Positions 49,831 to 59,411 of a DNA stretch of 64,000 nucleotides are shown here, piece by piece; the first letter of the stretch is position 1; each line of letters opens with the position of its first letter. The notes under the pieces were generated by a model. The model had not been told where the DNA came from. It searched no databases and saw nothing but the letters and a program-made list of their open reading frames with translations. A program made the position numbers and the translations under genes. The stretch is from assembly GCF_041916035.1 (NCBI RefSeq), contig NZ_JAYSAI010000001.1; one strand, 5' to 3'. The stretch comes from Sphingorhabdus sp. (GTDB taxonomy: Bacteria > Pseudomonadota > Alphaproteobacteria > Sphingomonadales > Sphingomonadaceae).

Positions 49831-50470
49831 CAGAATGAAACAGCCCTTCGACATTTCACAATTGGTCGACGAACTGCAACCGGTACGCCCGATGAACATG
49901 CGGAGAGGGCTGATGCTGCCCCTCGGCATGACCATGGCAGCGCTGGCCGTGATCGCGACCTTTGCCGGCGTTCGCGCCGACCTGATGGCGGGCGCGCCGC
50001 ATCCGATGTTCCTGCTGCGCGCCGGAACCCTGCTGTTGCTGGGGCTGGTGTGTGCTACAACCCTGCTGGCAATGGCCAATCCGGGGGTCGGGCGGCATGG
50101 CCATGGCTGGAAAACCGCTTTGGCCGCCGCACTGCTCTTTCCGCTGGCGGCAACGATCCTCGCGCTTGCCGGACAACCCTCCGGCACATCGGGCACGATG
50201 CAGTCGGGCGTCCAGTGCCTCGCCTATAGCCTCATTGCCGGACTGGGGGCGGCGGTGCCGATGGTGCTGTGGCTGCGGAAAGGCGCGCCGGTCGCAATCG
50301 AAAAGGCCGGTTGGCTGACAGGGCTGGCGGCGGGCGGGCTGGGTGCCTTTGCCTATAATTTCCACTGTCCGTTCAACAGCATCGTCTATACCGGCTTCTG
50401 GTATTCGCTGGCGGTCGGCCTATGTGCGCTGCTCGGCCGGGTGATCGTCCCGCGCCTGATACGCTGGTAA
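49823..50470 (+). CDS. nrsF: NrsF/DUF1109 membrane anti-sigma factor
   Basis: Six TM helices, C...LRKGAP..AG..GL.AG..A..Y..HCP....WY. Confidence 0.88.
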   Translation: MIDRMKQPFDISQLVDELQPVRPMNMRRGLMLPLGMTMAALAVIATFAGVRADLMAGAPHPMFLLRAGTLLLLGLVCATTLLAMANPGVGRHGHGWKTALAAALLFPLAATILALAGQPSGTSGTMQSGVQCLAYSLIAGLGAAVPMVLWLRKGAPVAIEKAGWLTGLAAGGLGAFAYNFHCPFNSIVYTGFWYSLAVGLCALLGRVIVPRLIRW

Positions 50471-51238
50471 TCAACCGCGCGCGGGAAGCCCGGCAGCGCG
50501 CAGTGCGGCATGCGCATCGGCAATGCTGTAGGTGCCGAAATGGAAGATCGAGGCCGCGAGCACCGCGCTCGCATGGCCCTTGATCACGCCTTCAACCAGA
50601 TGGTCGAGATTGCCCACACCGCCGCTGGCGATCACCGGCACATCGACCGCGTCGGCTATGGTGCGGGTGAGTTCCAGGTCGAACCCTGCCTTGGTGCCAT
50701 CGCGATCCATGCTGGTGACGAGCAATTCGCCAGCGCCAAGTTCGGCCAGTTTCAGCGCGTGGTCTATGGCATCGATGCCGGTCGGCTTGCGCCCGCCATG
50801 GGTGAAAATCTCCCAGCCATTGCGGCCATCGGACCAGCGCTTGGCGTCAACCGAACCGACGACGCACTGGCGGCCAAAGCGTTCGGCGATATCCGCCACC
50901 ACTTCGGGCCGCGCGACTGCGGCGCTATTGACCGCGACCTTGTCTGCACCCGCGAGCAGCAAGGCCCGCGCGTCCTCTGCGCTGCGCACCCCGCCGCCGA
51001 CGGTCAGCGGCATGAAACAGACCTCGGCGGTGCGGCGCACCACATCGAGGATCGTGTCACGTCCTTCATGGCTGGCGGTGATGTCGAGGAAGCACAGCTC
51101 ATCCGCGCCCGCCGCATCATAAGCGCGCGCCTGCTCGACGGGATCACCGGCATCCTTCAGATCGACGAAATTGACCCCCTTGACCACCCGGCCATTGGCA
51201 ACATCGAGACAGGGGATGACGCGGATGCGGACCGTCAT
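50471..51238 (-). CDS. hisF: Imidazole glycerol phosphate synthase cyclase subunit
   Basis: [33 protein letters not shown]. Confidence 0.97.
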   Translation of the reverse strand: MTVRIRVIPCLDVANGRVVKGVNFVDLKDAGDPVEQARAYDAAGADELCFLDITASHEGRDTILDVVRRTAEVCFMPLTVGGGVRSAEDARALLLAGADKVAVNSAAVARPEVVADIAERFGRQCVVGSVDAKRWSDGRNGWEIFTHGGRKPTGIDAIDHALKLAELGAGELLVTSMDRDGTKAGFDLELTRTIADAVDVPVIASGGVGNLDHLVEGVIKGHASAVLAASIFHFGTYSIADAHAALRAAGLPARG

Positions 51239-51243
51239 GTGCT

Positions 51244-51348
51244 CCCCTCCCGCAGGCGGGAGGGGTTGGGGGTGGAGCGAGCCGCAGGCGAACTTCTTTC
51301 TGGTGAGGGCAGAGGCCCGCCCCTAGCCCCTCCCGCCTGCGGGAGGGG
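51244..51348. repeat. REP doublet CCCCTCCCGC(AGG/CTG)CGGGAGGGG between hisA and hisF
   Basis: 22-bp palindromes at 51244-51265 and 51327-51348 are exact reverse complements; internal GCGAGCCGCAGGCG resembles the zwf-edd element. Confidence 0.88.
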
Positions 51349-51368
51349 GATCAGGTCATCTCGCCAAC

Positions 51369-52097
51369 TCATCCCCGGTTCGCCATCCTGATCGCCGTCG
51401 CCAGATCGAGGCGCCCGTCATAGATCGCCCGCCCGGTGATCACCCCCTCGATCCCGTCATGCGCGTGCAGGCTGAGGATGTGGATTTCGTCAATCCCCTT
51501 CACCCCGCCGCTGGCGATCACGGGAATGTCGACGGCGCGTGCCAGATCGACCGTCGCATCGATATTGCACCCCGTCAGCATCCCGTCGCGCCCGACATCG
51601 GTGAACAACAGGCTGGCAACGCCCGCATCCTCGAACCGGCGGGCGAGATCGATCACGGGCATGTCCGATTTCTCCGCCCAGCCCTCAGTGGCGACATAGC
51701 CGTCGCGCGCATCGACCGCGACGACAATGCCGTTTTCGAACTCGCGCGCCATATCCGTGACGAATTGCGGGTCTTTCAGCGCCGCCGTCCCGATCACCAG
51801 CCGCGCCACACCCAGATCGAACCAGCGCTCCACCGTCTCGCGGTTACGTATGCCGCCGCCCAGTTGCACATAGCCGGGGAAATTCTCGATGATATATTCG
51901 ACCGCCTCGGCATTTTCGGGCCGCCCCGCAAACGCACCATCGAGATCGACGACATGCAGATGTTCCGCCCCGGCTTCGGCAAAGAGCAGCGCCTGCGCCG
52001 CCGGATCATCGGCATAGACGGTCGCGCGCTCCATATCGCCCTCGGCAAGGCGCACCACCTGGCCGCCTTTCAGGTCTATGGCTGGAAAAACGATCAT
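51369..52097 (-). CDS. hisA: ProFAR isomerase
   Basis: PAIDLKGGQVVRL, HVVDLDGA, TDVGRDG, IASGG. Confidence 0.96.
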   Translation of the reverse strand: MIVFPAIDLKGGQVVRLAEGDMERATVYADDPAAQALLFAEAGAEHLHVVDLDGAFAGRPENAEAVEYIIENFPGYVQLGGGIRNRETVERWFDLGVARLVIGTAALKDPQFVTDMAREFENGIVVAVDARDGYVATEGWAEKSDMPVIDLARRFEDAGVASLLFTDVGRDGMLTGCNIDATVDLARAVDIPVIASGGVKGIDEIHILSLHAHDGIEGVITGRAIYDGRLDLATAIRMANRG

Positions 52098-52110
52098 GCC
52101 AAATTCCTCG

Positions 52111-52728
52111 TCAAGGACGCCACTCCAGAAAGCGTGCCAGCGTCGCTATGCCATATGCCTGGCTTTTTTCGGGGTGGAACTGCACCCCCAGGATATTGTC
52201 CTTCGCCACCGCCGCAACACGCGGCCCGCCATGGTCGGTGGTCGCCAGAACATGCGCAGGGTCGATGGCGTCGAAATGATAGCCGTGAAGGAAATAGGCA
52301 ATGCCGGTCCGAACAACCGGATGCGTGCCCTTCACCGACACATCGTTCCAGCCCATATGCGGCACTTTGAGGTCCGATACAGCCTCGATTGCCCGCACCG
52401 TGCCACCGATCCAGCCCAGGCCCTTTGTGCTGCCATGCTCGACACCTTCGTCAGCGAGCAACTGCATGCCGACACAAATCCCCAGAAACGGTGCCGCATC
52501 GCGCCGCACCCGCTGCTCCAGCGCCTCCACCATGCCGTCGATGCCGGAAACACCCTCCATGCAATGCGCAAAGGCACCGACGCCGGGAAGGACAATCCGC
52601 CCTGCGCGGGCCACGACATCGGGATCAGCGGTCACCGCAACATCCGTCGCCCCCGCCGCCTTCAGCGCGTTTCGAACCGATTGGAGATTGCCCGCGCCAT
52701 AGTCGATCAGCGCGATGCTCTCAGCCAC
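52111..52728 (-). CDS. hisH: Imidazole glycerol phosphate synthase glutamine amidotransferase
   Basis: DYGAGNL, LPGVGAF, GICVGMQ, PHMGWN, QFHPEKS. Confidence 0.95.
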   Translation of the reverse strand: MAESIALIDYGAGNLQSVRNALKAAGATDVAVTADPDVVARAGRIVLPGVGAFAHCMEGVSGIDGMVEALEQRVRRDAAPFLGICVGMQLLADEGVEHGSTKGLGWIGGTVRAIEAVSDLKVPHMGWNDVSVKGTHPVVRTGIAYFLHGYHFDAIDPAHVLATTDHGGPRVAAVAKDNILGVQFHPEKSQAYGIATLARFLEWRP

Positions 52729-53314
52729 CTAATATCCCCTTGGTCGAAGGGATCGCGCCGCCCTTGCGCGGGTCGATCTCGACCGCCTGACGCATCGCGC
52801 GGGCAAAGCCCTTGTAGATGCTTTCGGCGACATGGTGGTTGTTCTTGCCGTAGAGCAGTTCGATATGCAGCGTCAGCCCGATGGCATCGGCGATCGAATG
52901 GAACCAGTGTTCGAACAGTTCGGTATCCATCTCACCCAGCCGTTCCTGCGTGAAGCCCGCTTTCCAGACGAAATAGGGCCGCCCCGATATGTCCAGCGCG
53001 ACGCGGCTCAGCGTCTCGTCCATCGGCGAATAGGCGCTGCCATAGCGCATGATCCCGCCCTTGTCGCCCAGCGCCTTCAGGATCGCCTGCCCGATGGCAA
53101 TCGCGCTATCCTCTGCCGTATGGTGCTGATCGACATGCAGATCGCCCTTGATGCGGCAGGCAATGTCGATCATCGAATGGCGCGAGAACTGTTCGATCAT
53201 ATGATCGAGAAAGCCGATTCCGGTCGCAATGTCATATTGCCCGGTGCCGTCGAGATTCACCTCGACCGCAATTTCGGTTTCCTTGGTGTTCCGGCTGATC
53301 GAGGCGGTGCGCAT
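52721..53314 (-). CDS. hisB: Imidazoleglycerol-phosphate dehydratase
   Basis: [37 protein letters not shown]. Start placed at MRTAS. Confidence 0.96.
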   Translation of the reverse strand: MRTASISRNTKETEIAVEVNLDGTGQYDIATGIGFLDHMIEQFSRHSMIDIACRIKGDLHVDQHHTAEDSAIAIGQAILKALGDKGGIMRYGSAYSPMDETLSRVALDISGRPYFVWKAGFTQERLGEMDTELFEHWFHSIADAIGLTLHIELLYGKNNHHVAESIYKGFARAMRQAVEIDPRKGGAIPSTKGILGG

Positions 53315-53417
53315 GGCCGTCGCTATAAGCCGATAAACCATCAGCGCAAGTACGCGAACCTATGCGTGTCTAAAGTTCATCTTGATTTCAATTCACGGTC
53401 AGTCCACCAAGGCGCGC

Positions 53418-53891
53418 ATGAGCGACGAAGCCGCAGACAGCCTGATTCCCTATGACGATGTCGTGCAGGAAGCCCTGCGTGCGGTGGTCGGTCGCGTGCT
53501 CGGCGAGGTTGCGGTCAGCGGCCTGCCCGGCGACCATCATTTCTACATCACTTTCAAGACCCGTGCCGTCGGCGTTGCCATCCCCGTGCATCTGATGGAG
53601 CGTTTCCCCGATGAAATGACCATCGTGATGCAGCACAAATATTGGGATCTGAAGGTGGGTGAGGACTATTTCGAGGTCGGCCTGTCGTTCAGCCAGGTGC
53701 CCGCGCACCTGCACATCCCCTTCTCCGCCATCACCGCCTTCGTCGATCCCGCCGTCGATTTCGCGCTGCAATTCCATGTCGACGCCGAATCCGGCCCCGA
53801 GCCGCATGACCGGGCCGAAAATGACGGGCCAAGTGTCGAGCAGGAGGACGGCTCGAATGTTGTGACGGTGGATTTCGGGCGGAAGAAGTGA
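53418..53891 (+). CDS. sspB: SspB-like ClpXP adaptor (alphaproteobacterial)
   Basis: HHFYITFKT...YP.EMTIV.QH..WDL; C-terminal NVVTVDFGRKK. Confidence 0.88.
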   Translation: MSDEAADSLIPYDDVVQEALRAVVGRVLGEVAVSGLPGDHHFYITFKTRAVGVAIPVHLMERFPDEMTIVMQHKYWDLKVGEDYFEVGLSFSQVPAHLHIPFSAITAFVDPAVDFALQFHVDAESGPEPHDRAENDGPSVEQEDGSNVVTVDFGRKK

Positions 53892-53929
53892 TGTCTTCGG
53901 TGTGTCGTCATCTAGAATCCAGAATGTTT

Positions 53930-53957
53930 CGTCGTCCCGAACTTGTTTCGGGATAGC
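53930..53957 (+). repeat. CGTC-tagged REP, left flank of the GIY-YIG gene
   Basis: CGTCGTCCCGAACTTGTTTCGGGATAGC. Confidence 0.85.
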
Positions 53958-53971
53958 ACACCAAAGGTTCG

Positions 53972-54274
53972 GTGCGTGATTTCCAGCCTTGCGTGTATAT
54001 CATGGCAAGCGGAATGCGCGGTTACATTTACATCGGCGTCACGTCCAATCTCGCCAAACGCTTTTATGAACATAATAATCGGTTGATCGACGGATTTTCT
54101 AAACGCCGCAACACAAACCGGCTGGTTCATTTCGAGCTTTTCGGCACTATGGAATTGGCCATCACCCGCGAGAAGCAGTTGAAAAACCGGCATCGGGACT
54201 GGAAGATCAATCTGATCGAAAGCACAAATCCGGAATGGCGGGATTTGGCGTTGGAATTGGGATTCAGCGATTGA
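53972..54274 (+). CDS. Small GIY-YIG nuclease family protein
   Basis: VYIMAS...YIGVTSNL..R..EH, LVHFE, AITREKQLK..R.WK..LIE..NP.W.DL. Confidence 0.92.
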   Translation: MRDFQPCVYIMASGMRGYIYIGVTSNLAKRFYEHNNRLIDGFSKRRNTNRLVHFELFGTMELAITREKQLKNRHRDWKINLIESTNPEWRDLALELGFSD

Positions 54275-54319
54275 AACGCAAGCCGAACGAGGCTCGCCGT
54301 TGGACACTGACGTCGCTTG

Positions 54320-54346
54320 TTATCCCGACACAAGTTCGGGATGACG
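54320..54346 (-). repeat. CGTC-tagged REP, right flank of the GIY-YIG gene (inverted)
   Basis: Reverse complement is CGTCATCCCGAACTTGTGTCGGGATAA. Confidence 0.88.
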
Positions 54347-54367
54347 AATTTTATGGGAAAATCGAAG

Positions 54368-55756
54368 ATGACCAAAACCCGCAGCGAAACCGACAGTTTC
54401 GGCCCCATAGACGTCCCTGCAGAGGCCTATTGGGGGGCGCAGACGCAGCGCAGCATCGGCAATTTCCCCTTCCCCCCGCACGAGCGGATGCCGCTGGGGA
54501 TCATCCATGGCCTGGCACAGGTGAAGCGCGCCGCCGCGCTGACGCACAAGGCGTCGGGTGCAATGCCTACGGAAATCGCCGATGCGATTGTCGCGGCAGC
54601 CGATGGCATTCTTGCCGGACGCTATGACGACCAGTTTCCCCTGACGATCTGGCAAACCGGCAGCGGCACCCAGTCGAACATGAATGTCAACGAGGTGATC
54701 GCGGGGATCGCCAACGAAGCCCTGACCGGCATTCGCGGCGGCAAGTCGCCGGTGCACCCCAACGATCATGTCAATATGGGCCAATCGTCGAACGACAGCT
54801 TCCCGACCGCGATCCACATCGCAGTCGCGGTCGCGACGCATCGCAATTTGTTGCCCGCACTGGCCCTGCTGACCGAAGCCTTGGCCGAAAAGGCCCGAAT
54901 GTGGATGGATATCGTCAAGATCGGCCGCACCCATTTGCAGGATGCGACGCCGCTGACGCTGGGGCAGGAATTTTCGGCCTATGTCGCGCAACTGATCACC
55001 GCGAAAAACCGCATCGAGGGCGCGGTGCTGCACAATGTGCAGAAACTGGCGCAGGGCGGCACGGCGGTTGGCACCGGGCTCAACGCGCCAGCCGGATTTG
55101 ACGGTGCCATCGCCGCCGAAGTCAGCAAGGCGACGGACATCGCCTTCACCCCTGCGCAGAACAAATTCGAGGCGCTGGCGACGCATGACGGGCTGCTATC
55201 CTATCATGGACAGCTCAACACGCTCGCCGTCAGCCTGACCAAGATTGCCAACGATATCCGTTTGCTCGGCTCTGGCCCGCGATCCGGCCTCGGCGAGCTT
55301 TCCCTGCCCGAAAACGAACCCGGCAGCTCGATCATGCCGGGCAAGGTCAACCCCACCCAGTGCGAGATGCTGACCATGGTCGCGGCACAGGTGATCGGCA
55401 ACCAGCAGGCCGTCACCGTCGGCGCGATGCAAGGTCATCTGGAACTCAACGTCTTCAAACCCCTGATCGGGGCCAATGTGCTGCGCTCGATCGAACTGCT
55501 GAGCATCGGCATGAAAACCTTCGCCAGAAACTGCGTCATGGGGCTGGAGCCAAACCGCGAACGCATCGCCGAACTGGTCGACCGCTCGTTGATGCTTGTC
55601 ACGGCGCTGGCGCCGCTGATCGGCTATGACAATGCGGCAAAAATCGCCAAGCACGCACACCAGAACGGTCTGACGCTCAAACAGTCCGCGCTCGCGCTGG
55701 GGCTGGTTGACGAAGCGACCTTCGACGCCCATGTCAGGGCGGAGGACATGGTGTAA
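54368..55756 (+). CDS. fumC: Fumarate hydratase class II
   Basis: [44 protein letters not shown]. Start placed at MTKTRSE. Confidence 0.97.
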   Translation: MTKTRSETDSFGPIDVPAEAYWGAQTQRSIGNFPFPPHERMPLGIIHGLAQVKRAAALTHKASGAMPTEIADAIVAAADGILAGRYDDQFPLTIWQTGSGTQSNMNVNEVIAGIANEALTGIRGGKSPVHPNDHVNMGQSSNDSFPTAIHIAVAVATHRNLLPALALLTEALAEKARMWMDIVKIGRTHLQDATPLTLGQEFSAYVAQLITAKNRIEGAVLHNVQKLAQGGTAVGTGLNAPAGFDGAIAAEVSKATDIAFTPAQNKFEALATHDGLLSYHGQLNTLAVSLTKIANDIRLLGSGPRSGLGELSLPENEPGSSIMPGKVNPTQCEMLTMVAAQVIGNQQAVTVGAMQGHLELNVFKPLIGANVLRSIELLSIGMKTFARNCVMGLEPNRERIAELVDRSLMLVTALAPLIGYDNAAKIAKHAHQNGLTLKQSALALGLVDEATFDAHVRAEDMV

Positions 55757-55770
55757 GCCATCTCACATAT

Positions 55771-55842
55771 CGTCATCCCGAACTTGGTTCGGGATAACGC
55801 ACCGCCGTTCGTTTGTTATCCTGAAATATATTCAGGATGACG
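55771..55842. repeat. Empty REP doublet of the GIY-YIG-associated family
   Basis: CGTCATCCCGAACTTGGTTCGGGATAA (55771-55797) and an inverted CGTCATCCTGAATATATTTCAGGATAA (55816-55842). Confidence 0.88.
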
Positions 55843-55869
55843 ATCTATTTTTTGAGAGGAGTTATCCAC

Positions 55870-56067
55870 ATGCCCCTGTTGAAAACAATTGCCGGTGCCG
55901 TTGTCGGCGAAGCTGTCGGTCGCAAGCGCGGCCATGGCATATTGGGTGCAGGCCTGGGCATCGCGGCAACGCGGATTGCCACCCGATCGATCCCCGGCGC
56001 GCTTCTGGTCGGCGGGGCGCTGGTGGCCAAGACGGTTTACGACAGGCGCAAGAAGCGCAGGATTTGA
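55870..56067 (+). CDS. Small glycine-zipper-like membrane protein
   Basis: 65 aa, SD GAGAGGAG, hydrophobic Gly/Ala-rich helices, basic tail. Confidence 0.7.
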   Translation: MPLLKTIAGAVVGEAVGRKRGHGILGAGLGIAATRIATRSIPGALLVGGALVAKTVYDRRKKRRI

Positions 56068-56141
56068 CCTCTTCCTGATTGCTTGCAGTTCGACCCGAAA
56101 GGTTTAGGCTCGCGTAACCGTCCCGCTGGAAAGGTTGCGCG

Positions 56142-56495
56142 ATGCTTACTGCCATCATCCTGTTTGCAACGGCTCCGGCGGCGACTGCGTCCGGCGACGT
56201 CGCGCAAGAAACCGGTCCTGCGGAAACGGTCAAAATCGACATTCTGGTGAAGCAGCCCGAAGCGGAATGCGAAGCCCAATCGGAAGAGGAAATCATTGTC
56301 TGTGCCGACAAGGCAGACAATGAACAGCATCGGCTGCGCCCGATCGCCAATGCGGCAAAATTCGAAAAGGATGAATCCAGAGCCGAATTAGCGATAGCGG
56401 AAAACGCGACCATGGCCGTCGAAGCGGACGCTGCAGGGCTCCCGGGCGGCGTGCAGAGCAACCGCCTGATGGTCCGGCTGAAAATGGGATTCTAG
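56142..56495 (+). CDS. Hypothetical secreted protein (EEIIVC motif, C-terminal Phe)
   Basis: Signal-peptide-like N-terminus, C...EEEIIVC, ends VRLKMGF. Confidence 0.7.
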   Translation: MLTAIILFATAPAATASGDVAQETGPAETVKIDILVKQPEAECEAQSEEEIIVCADKADNEQHRLRPIANAAKFEKDESRAELAIAENATMAVEADAAGLPGGVQSNRLMVRLKMGF

Positions 56496-56511
56496 GGTCA
56501 GGACCCTAGGT

Positions 56512-57120
56512 TTACTTCCCCGTCACCCAATAGCCGCTCGCACCCGCCTGCCATTCCTTCACGCTTTCCAGCGGCGCAACCAGCATCAATATGTTGAGCG
56601 CAAGATTGTCGCGGATCATCCAGCCGACGAACAGTTCCATCGCAAGCCCGAGGGCAAGCGTCGCCTTCCACGGCAGGCGCGAGGCGAGGAAAAAGCCGAA
56701 AATCATCCAGGCAATATCGGCCAGCGAATTAACGATGCTGTCGCCCGCATAGCCGTAGGAGATCGTCACCTCGCGATAACGATCGATAATCAAAGGCGAG
56801 TTCTCCAATATCTCCCATGCGCCCTCAACCAGTATCGCCAGGGCAACCGCCACACCCAGGGGGAATAGCGCAGGCCATTTGCGACGCAGCAGATGGCCCG
56901 CACCGTAAAACAGAAAGCCATGGATGATATGGCTCGGCGTGTACCAGTCGGCCAGATGCTGGCTATTCTCGCTCGACTGGACGACCAGATGGAGCAGCTT
57001 CACGTCGCCGCATGCACAGATGGGCGGCCGACCCATCGACCATAATATCGCCCCGATAATGGCGAAAAGCAGAAATGCGATGAGGGCGCTGAACCTGCTG
57101 ATCCGAAGTGGCCAATTCAT
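56512..57120 (-). CDS. DUF2585 family membrane protein
   Basis: MGRPPICACG, SSENSQHLADWYTPSHIIHG, WEILEN, Y.GDSI.NS, IRDNL.LN. Confidence 0.9.
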   Translation of the reverse strand: MNWPLRISRFSALIAFLLFAIIGAILWSMGRPPICACGDVKLLHLVVQSSENSQHLADWYTPSHIIHGFLFYGAGHLLRRKWPALFPLGVAVALAILVEGAWEILENSPLIIDRYREVTISYGYAGDSIVNSLADIAWMIFGFFLASRLPWKATLALGLAMELFVGWMIRDNLALNILMLVAPLESVKEWQAGASGYWVTGK

Positions 57121-57176
57121 GCGAACCCCTCTCCTAAGGGCTTGACGCCCCGACACCCTTTCGCGCAGTAGCGGCT

Positions 57177-57818
57177 ATGGCCGGTTCCGACAACCAACTC
57201 GAACGGCGCGGACTGTTGTTCGTGCTCTCCTCGCCTTCTGGCGCAGGCAAATCCACCTTGTCTCGGATGCTTCTGGAAGCGGAGCCGCAAATCGCGCTAT
57301 CGGTCAGCTACACCACCCGCCCACCGCGCCCGGGCGAGGTGGATGGCGTGCATTATCACTTCACCGACGTGCCGACATTCAAGGCGATGGCCGCCAACGG
57401 CGAGTTTCTCGAATGGGCGCATGTCTTCGGGCATCGCTATGGCACCCCCAAGGCCCCGGTCGAGGCCGAACTGGCGGCAGGGCGTGACGTGCTGTTCGAT
57501 ATAGACTGGCAGGGCGCGCAGCAGCTGTATCAGGAAGCAGGTCCGGACGTTGTCCGCGTTTTCATTCTGCCCCCGTCGATCGACGAACTCGAACGCCGCC
57601 TCCACGCACGCGCGCAGGATAGCGACGCGGTGATCGGCGAACGCATGGCGCGCGCCAAATCCGAAATCGGCCACTGGGATGGCTATGACTATGTGCTGAT
57701 CAACGACGATGTCGAACGCTGTTTTGAACAGGTGCGGCAGATATTGACTGCCGAGCGGCTGAAGCGGCGTCGGCAAAAAGGCCTGATCGGTTTCGTCCGC
57801 GATCTGGTGGCGAGCTAA
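57177..57818 (+). CDS. gmk: Guanylate kinase
   Basis: SSPSGAGKST, TTRPPRPGEVDG, DIDWQG, FILPPS. Confidence 0.97.
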   Translation: MAGSDNQLERRGLLFVLSSPSGAGKSTLSRMLLEAEPQIALSVSYTTRPPRPGEVDGVHYHFTDVPTFKAMAANGEFLEWAHVFGHRYGTPKAPVEAELAAGRDVLFDIDWQGAQQLYQEAGPDVVRVFILPPSIDELERRLHARAQDSDAVIGERMARAKSEIGHWDGYDYVLINDDVERCFEQVRQILTAERLKRRRQKGLIGFVRDLVAS

Positions 57819-58510
57819 ACGCGCAACAGTTCAAGGAAACGCGCCGCGGCCAGAAACTCGGCTTCGCGGTCGGCGCGGTTCTTTTGCGCCCAATGATCCG
57901 CCCCCCAATTCTGTTCCTGCCAAAGCTCTTCCAGACAGCTTGCCTCCCACAGGCTCCGGGCATCGCCCGCCTGTTCGACAATCGCAAGCACCGCAACCAG
58001 CGATCCGGCAAGATGCGCCAGCTTTGCCATCGCCGCCAGTTCGAACGTGCCGCGCGCGTTCACCGCAGCGCGCAGCTTTTCGAGCGTCGCTGGCGGCTGC
58101 GGCTGGTGCAGCACGCCCTGCACAATCTGGAACGAAACATCGTAACGCGCCCGCGCCCAATCGAGCCAGGGATCCCAGACTTCGGCCTGTTTCGGGGCCA
58201 GCGGCTCATCCGCCCCTGCACGATAGCAGAATGCGTCGCTTTCGGCATAGGCAGCGATGGCCGCAGCAAAAGTTTCGCGATCTGGCGCGACATGATCGAT
58301 CGCCGCATTGGCAAAGCCGGTCATCGGCATCGCCGCCGGATCGATCTCTTCGCCGACCGCTTCCCATTCGGAAACGACCGCATCCGCCAGCGCTTTCGTG
58401 GGCAGATACAGTTCGTTGCGCATCGGCGTCTTCAGCACGCGCCCGTCCAGCCGGACGCCGTGCCCATAGGTGCCCTGTTCAAGGCTGACCTGTTTCCAGA
58501 AACGGCGCAT
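57815..58510 (-). CDS. ATP12 family chaperone
   Basis: MRRFWK, LDGR..KTP, MPMT..AN.AID, E.WQ...WG.D. Confidence 0.9.
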   Translation of the reverse strand: MRRFWKQVSLEQGTYGHGVRLDGRVLKTPMRNELYLPTKALADAVVSEWEAVGEEIDPAAMPMTGFANAAIDHVAPDRETFAAAIAAYAESDAFCYRAGADEPLAPKQAEVWDPWLDWARARYDVSFQIVQGVLHQPQPPATLEKLRAAVNARGTFELAAMAKLAHLAGSLVAVLAIVEQAGDARSLWEASCLEELWQEQNWGADHWAQKNRADREAEFLAAARFLELLRV

Positions 58511-58512
58511 GA

Positions 58513-58749
58513 TCAGCCCTTGTTCGCGTCCTGCTTTGCCCACGCCTTTTTCAGGACGAAAGGTATCAGGAAAAAGTCGAGCGCGCCGACAAGCAGAAAG
58601 CCATAGCCCAGATAGGGCGCGGCATCCGGAAACAGGCGGCCACCGACATTGGCAATGCCCATCATCACAAATATGACAGACGCAAAGCGCATCGCGTTCA
58701 AAAGCAGAAAGCGCTGCTTCGCCAGTGCTTCGCGTTCGTCGCTGTTCAT
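58513..58749 (-). CDS. Small two-TM hypothetical protein
   Basis: 78 aa, two hydrophobic helices, coupled within the HAD-ATP12 operon. Confidence 0.75.
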   Translation of the reverse strand: MNSDEREALAKQRFLLLNAMRFASVIFVMMGIANVGGRLFPDAAPYLGYGFLLVGALDFFLIPFVLKKAWAKQDANKG

Positions 58750-59411
58750 CGCCTGCCCTCCAAAGCGTCCATCAATTCTTCCATTGATTCAACAAGATGG
58801 TCTGCGCCCGCTGCGCGCAATTCATCAATCGGATGATAACCCCAGTTCACGCCAATGGTGCGGCAGCCGGCGGCCTTGCCCATATGGATATCATAGACAG
58901 TATCGCCGATCATCACGGCATTGTCCGGCGCAGCCCCGGCGTCGGCGAATGCCTGCCACAGCATCGACGGATGCGGCTTGGACGGGTGACGGTCGGCCGT
59001 CTGCAGGGTGACAAACAGCCCCTTGATCCCATGATGGTCGAGGCAGCGTTCAAGCCCGCGATCGGACTTGCCGGTCGCCACGCCGAGCAGCCAGCCATTT
59101 TCGTCCAATTCGCTGAGCACCGCCGCCATGCCGTCATAGAGCGGTTCATGCTCAAGGCCGTTGCTGCGCAAGGTCAGATAGGATGTCCGGTATCGCTCGG
59201 CCATGTCCCTGTGCTTGCCTTCCCCTGCATCGGGCAGCAGATTGCGCATGATTTCCACCAGGCTAAGGCCAACCGTCCGCCTGATTGCCGGGCGCGGCGG
59301 CGGTGCAAGCCCTGCGTCTTCAAAGGCATGCTCCATCGCCATGCAGATATTGGCCTGGCTGTCGACCAGCGTGCCGTCGCAATCGAAAATGGCGAGGCGG
59401 GGTGCGTTCAC
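58746..59411 (-). CDS. HAD-IA family hydrolase
   Basis: FDCDGTLVDS, ATGK, SKPHP, MIGDT.YD. GTG start overlaps the upstream stop. Confidence 0.92.
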   Translation of the reverse strand: MNAPRLAIFDCDGTLVDSQANICMAMEHAFEDAGLAPPPRPAIRRTVGLSLVEIMRNLLPDAGEGKHRDMAERYRTSYLTLRSNGLEHEPLYDGMAAVLSELDENGWLLGVATGKSDRGLERCLDHHGIKGLFVTLQTADRHPSKPHPSMLWQAFADAGAAPDNAVMIGDTVYDIHMGKAAGCRTIGVNWGYHPIDELRAAGADHLVESMEELMDALEGRR

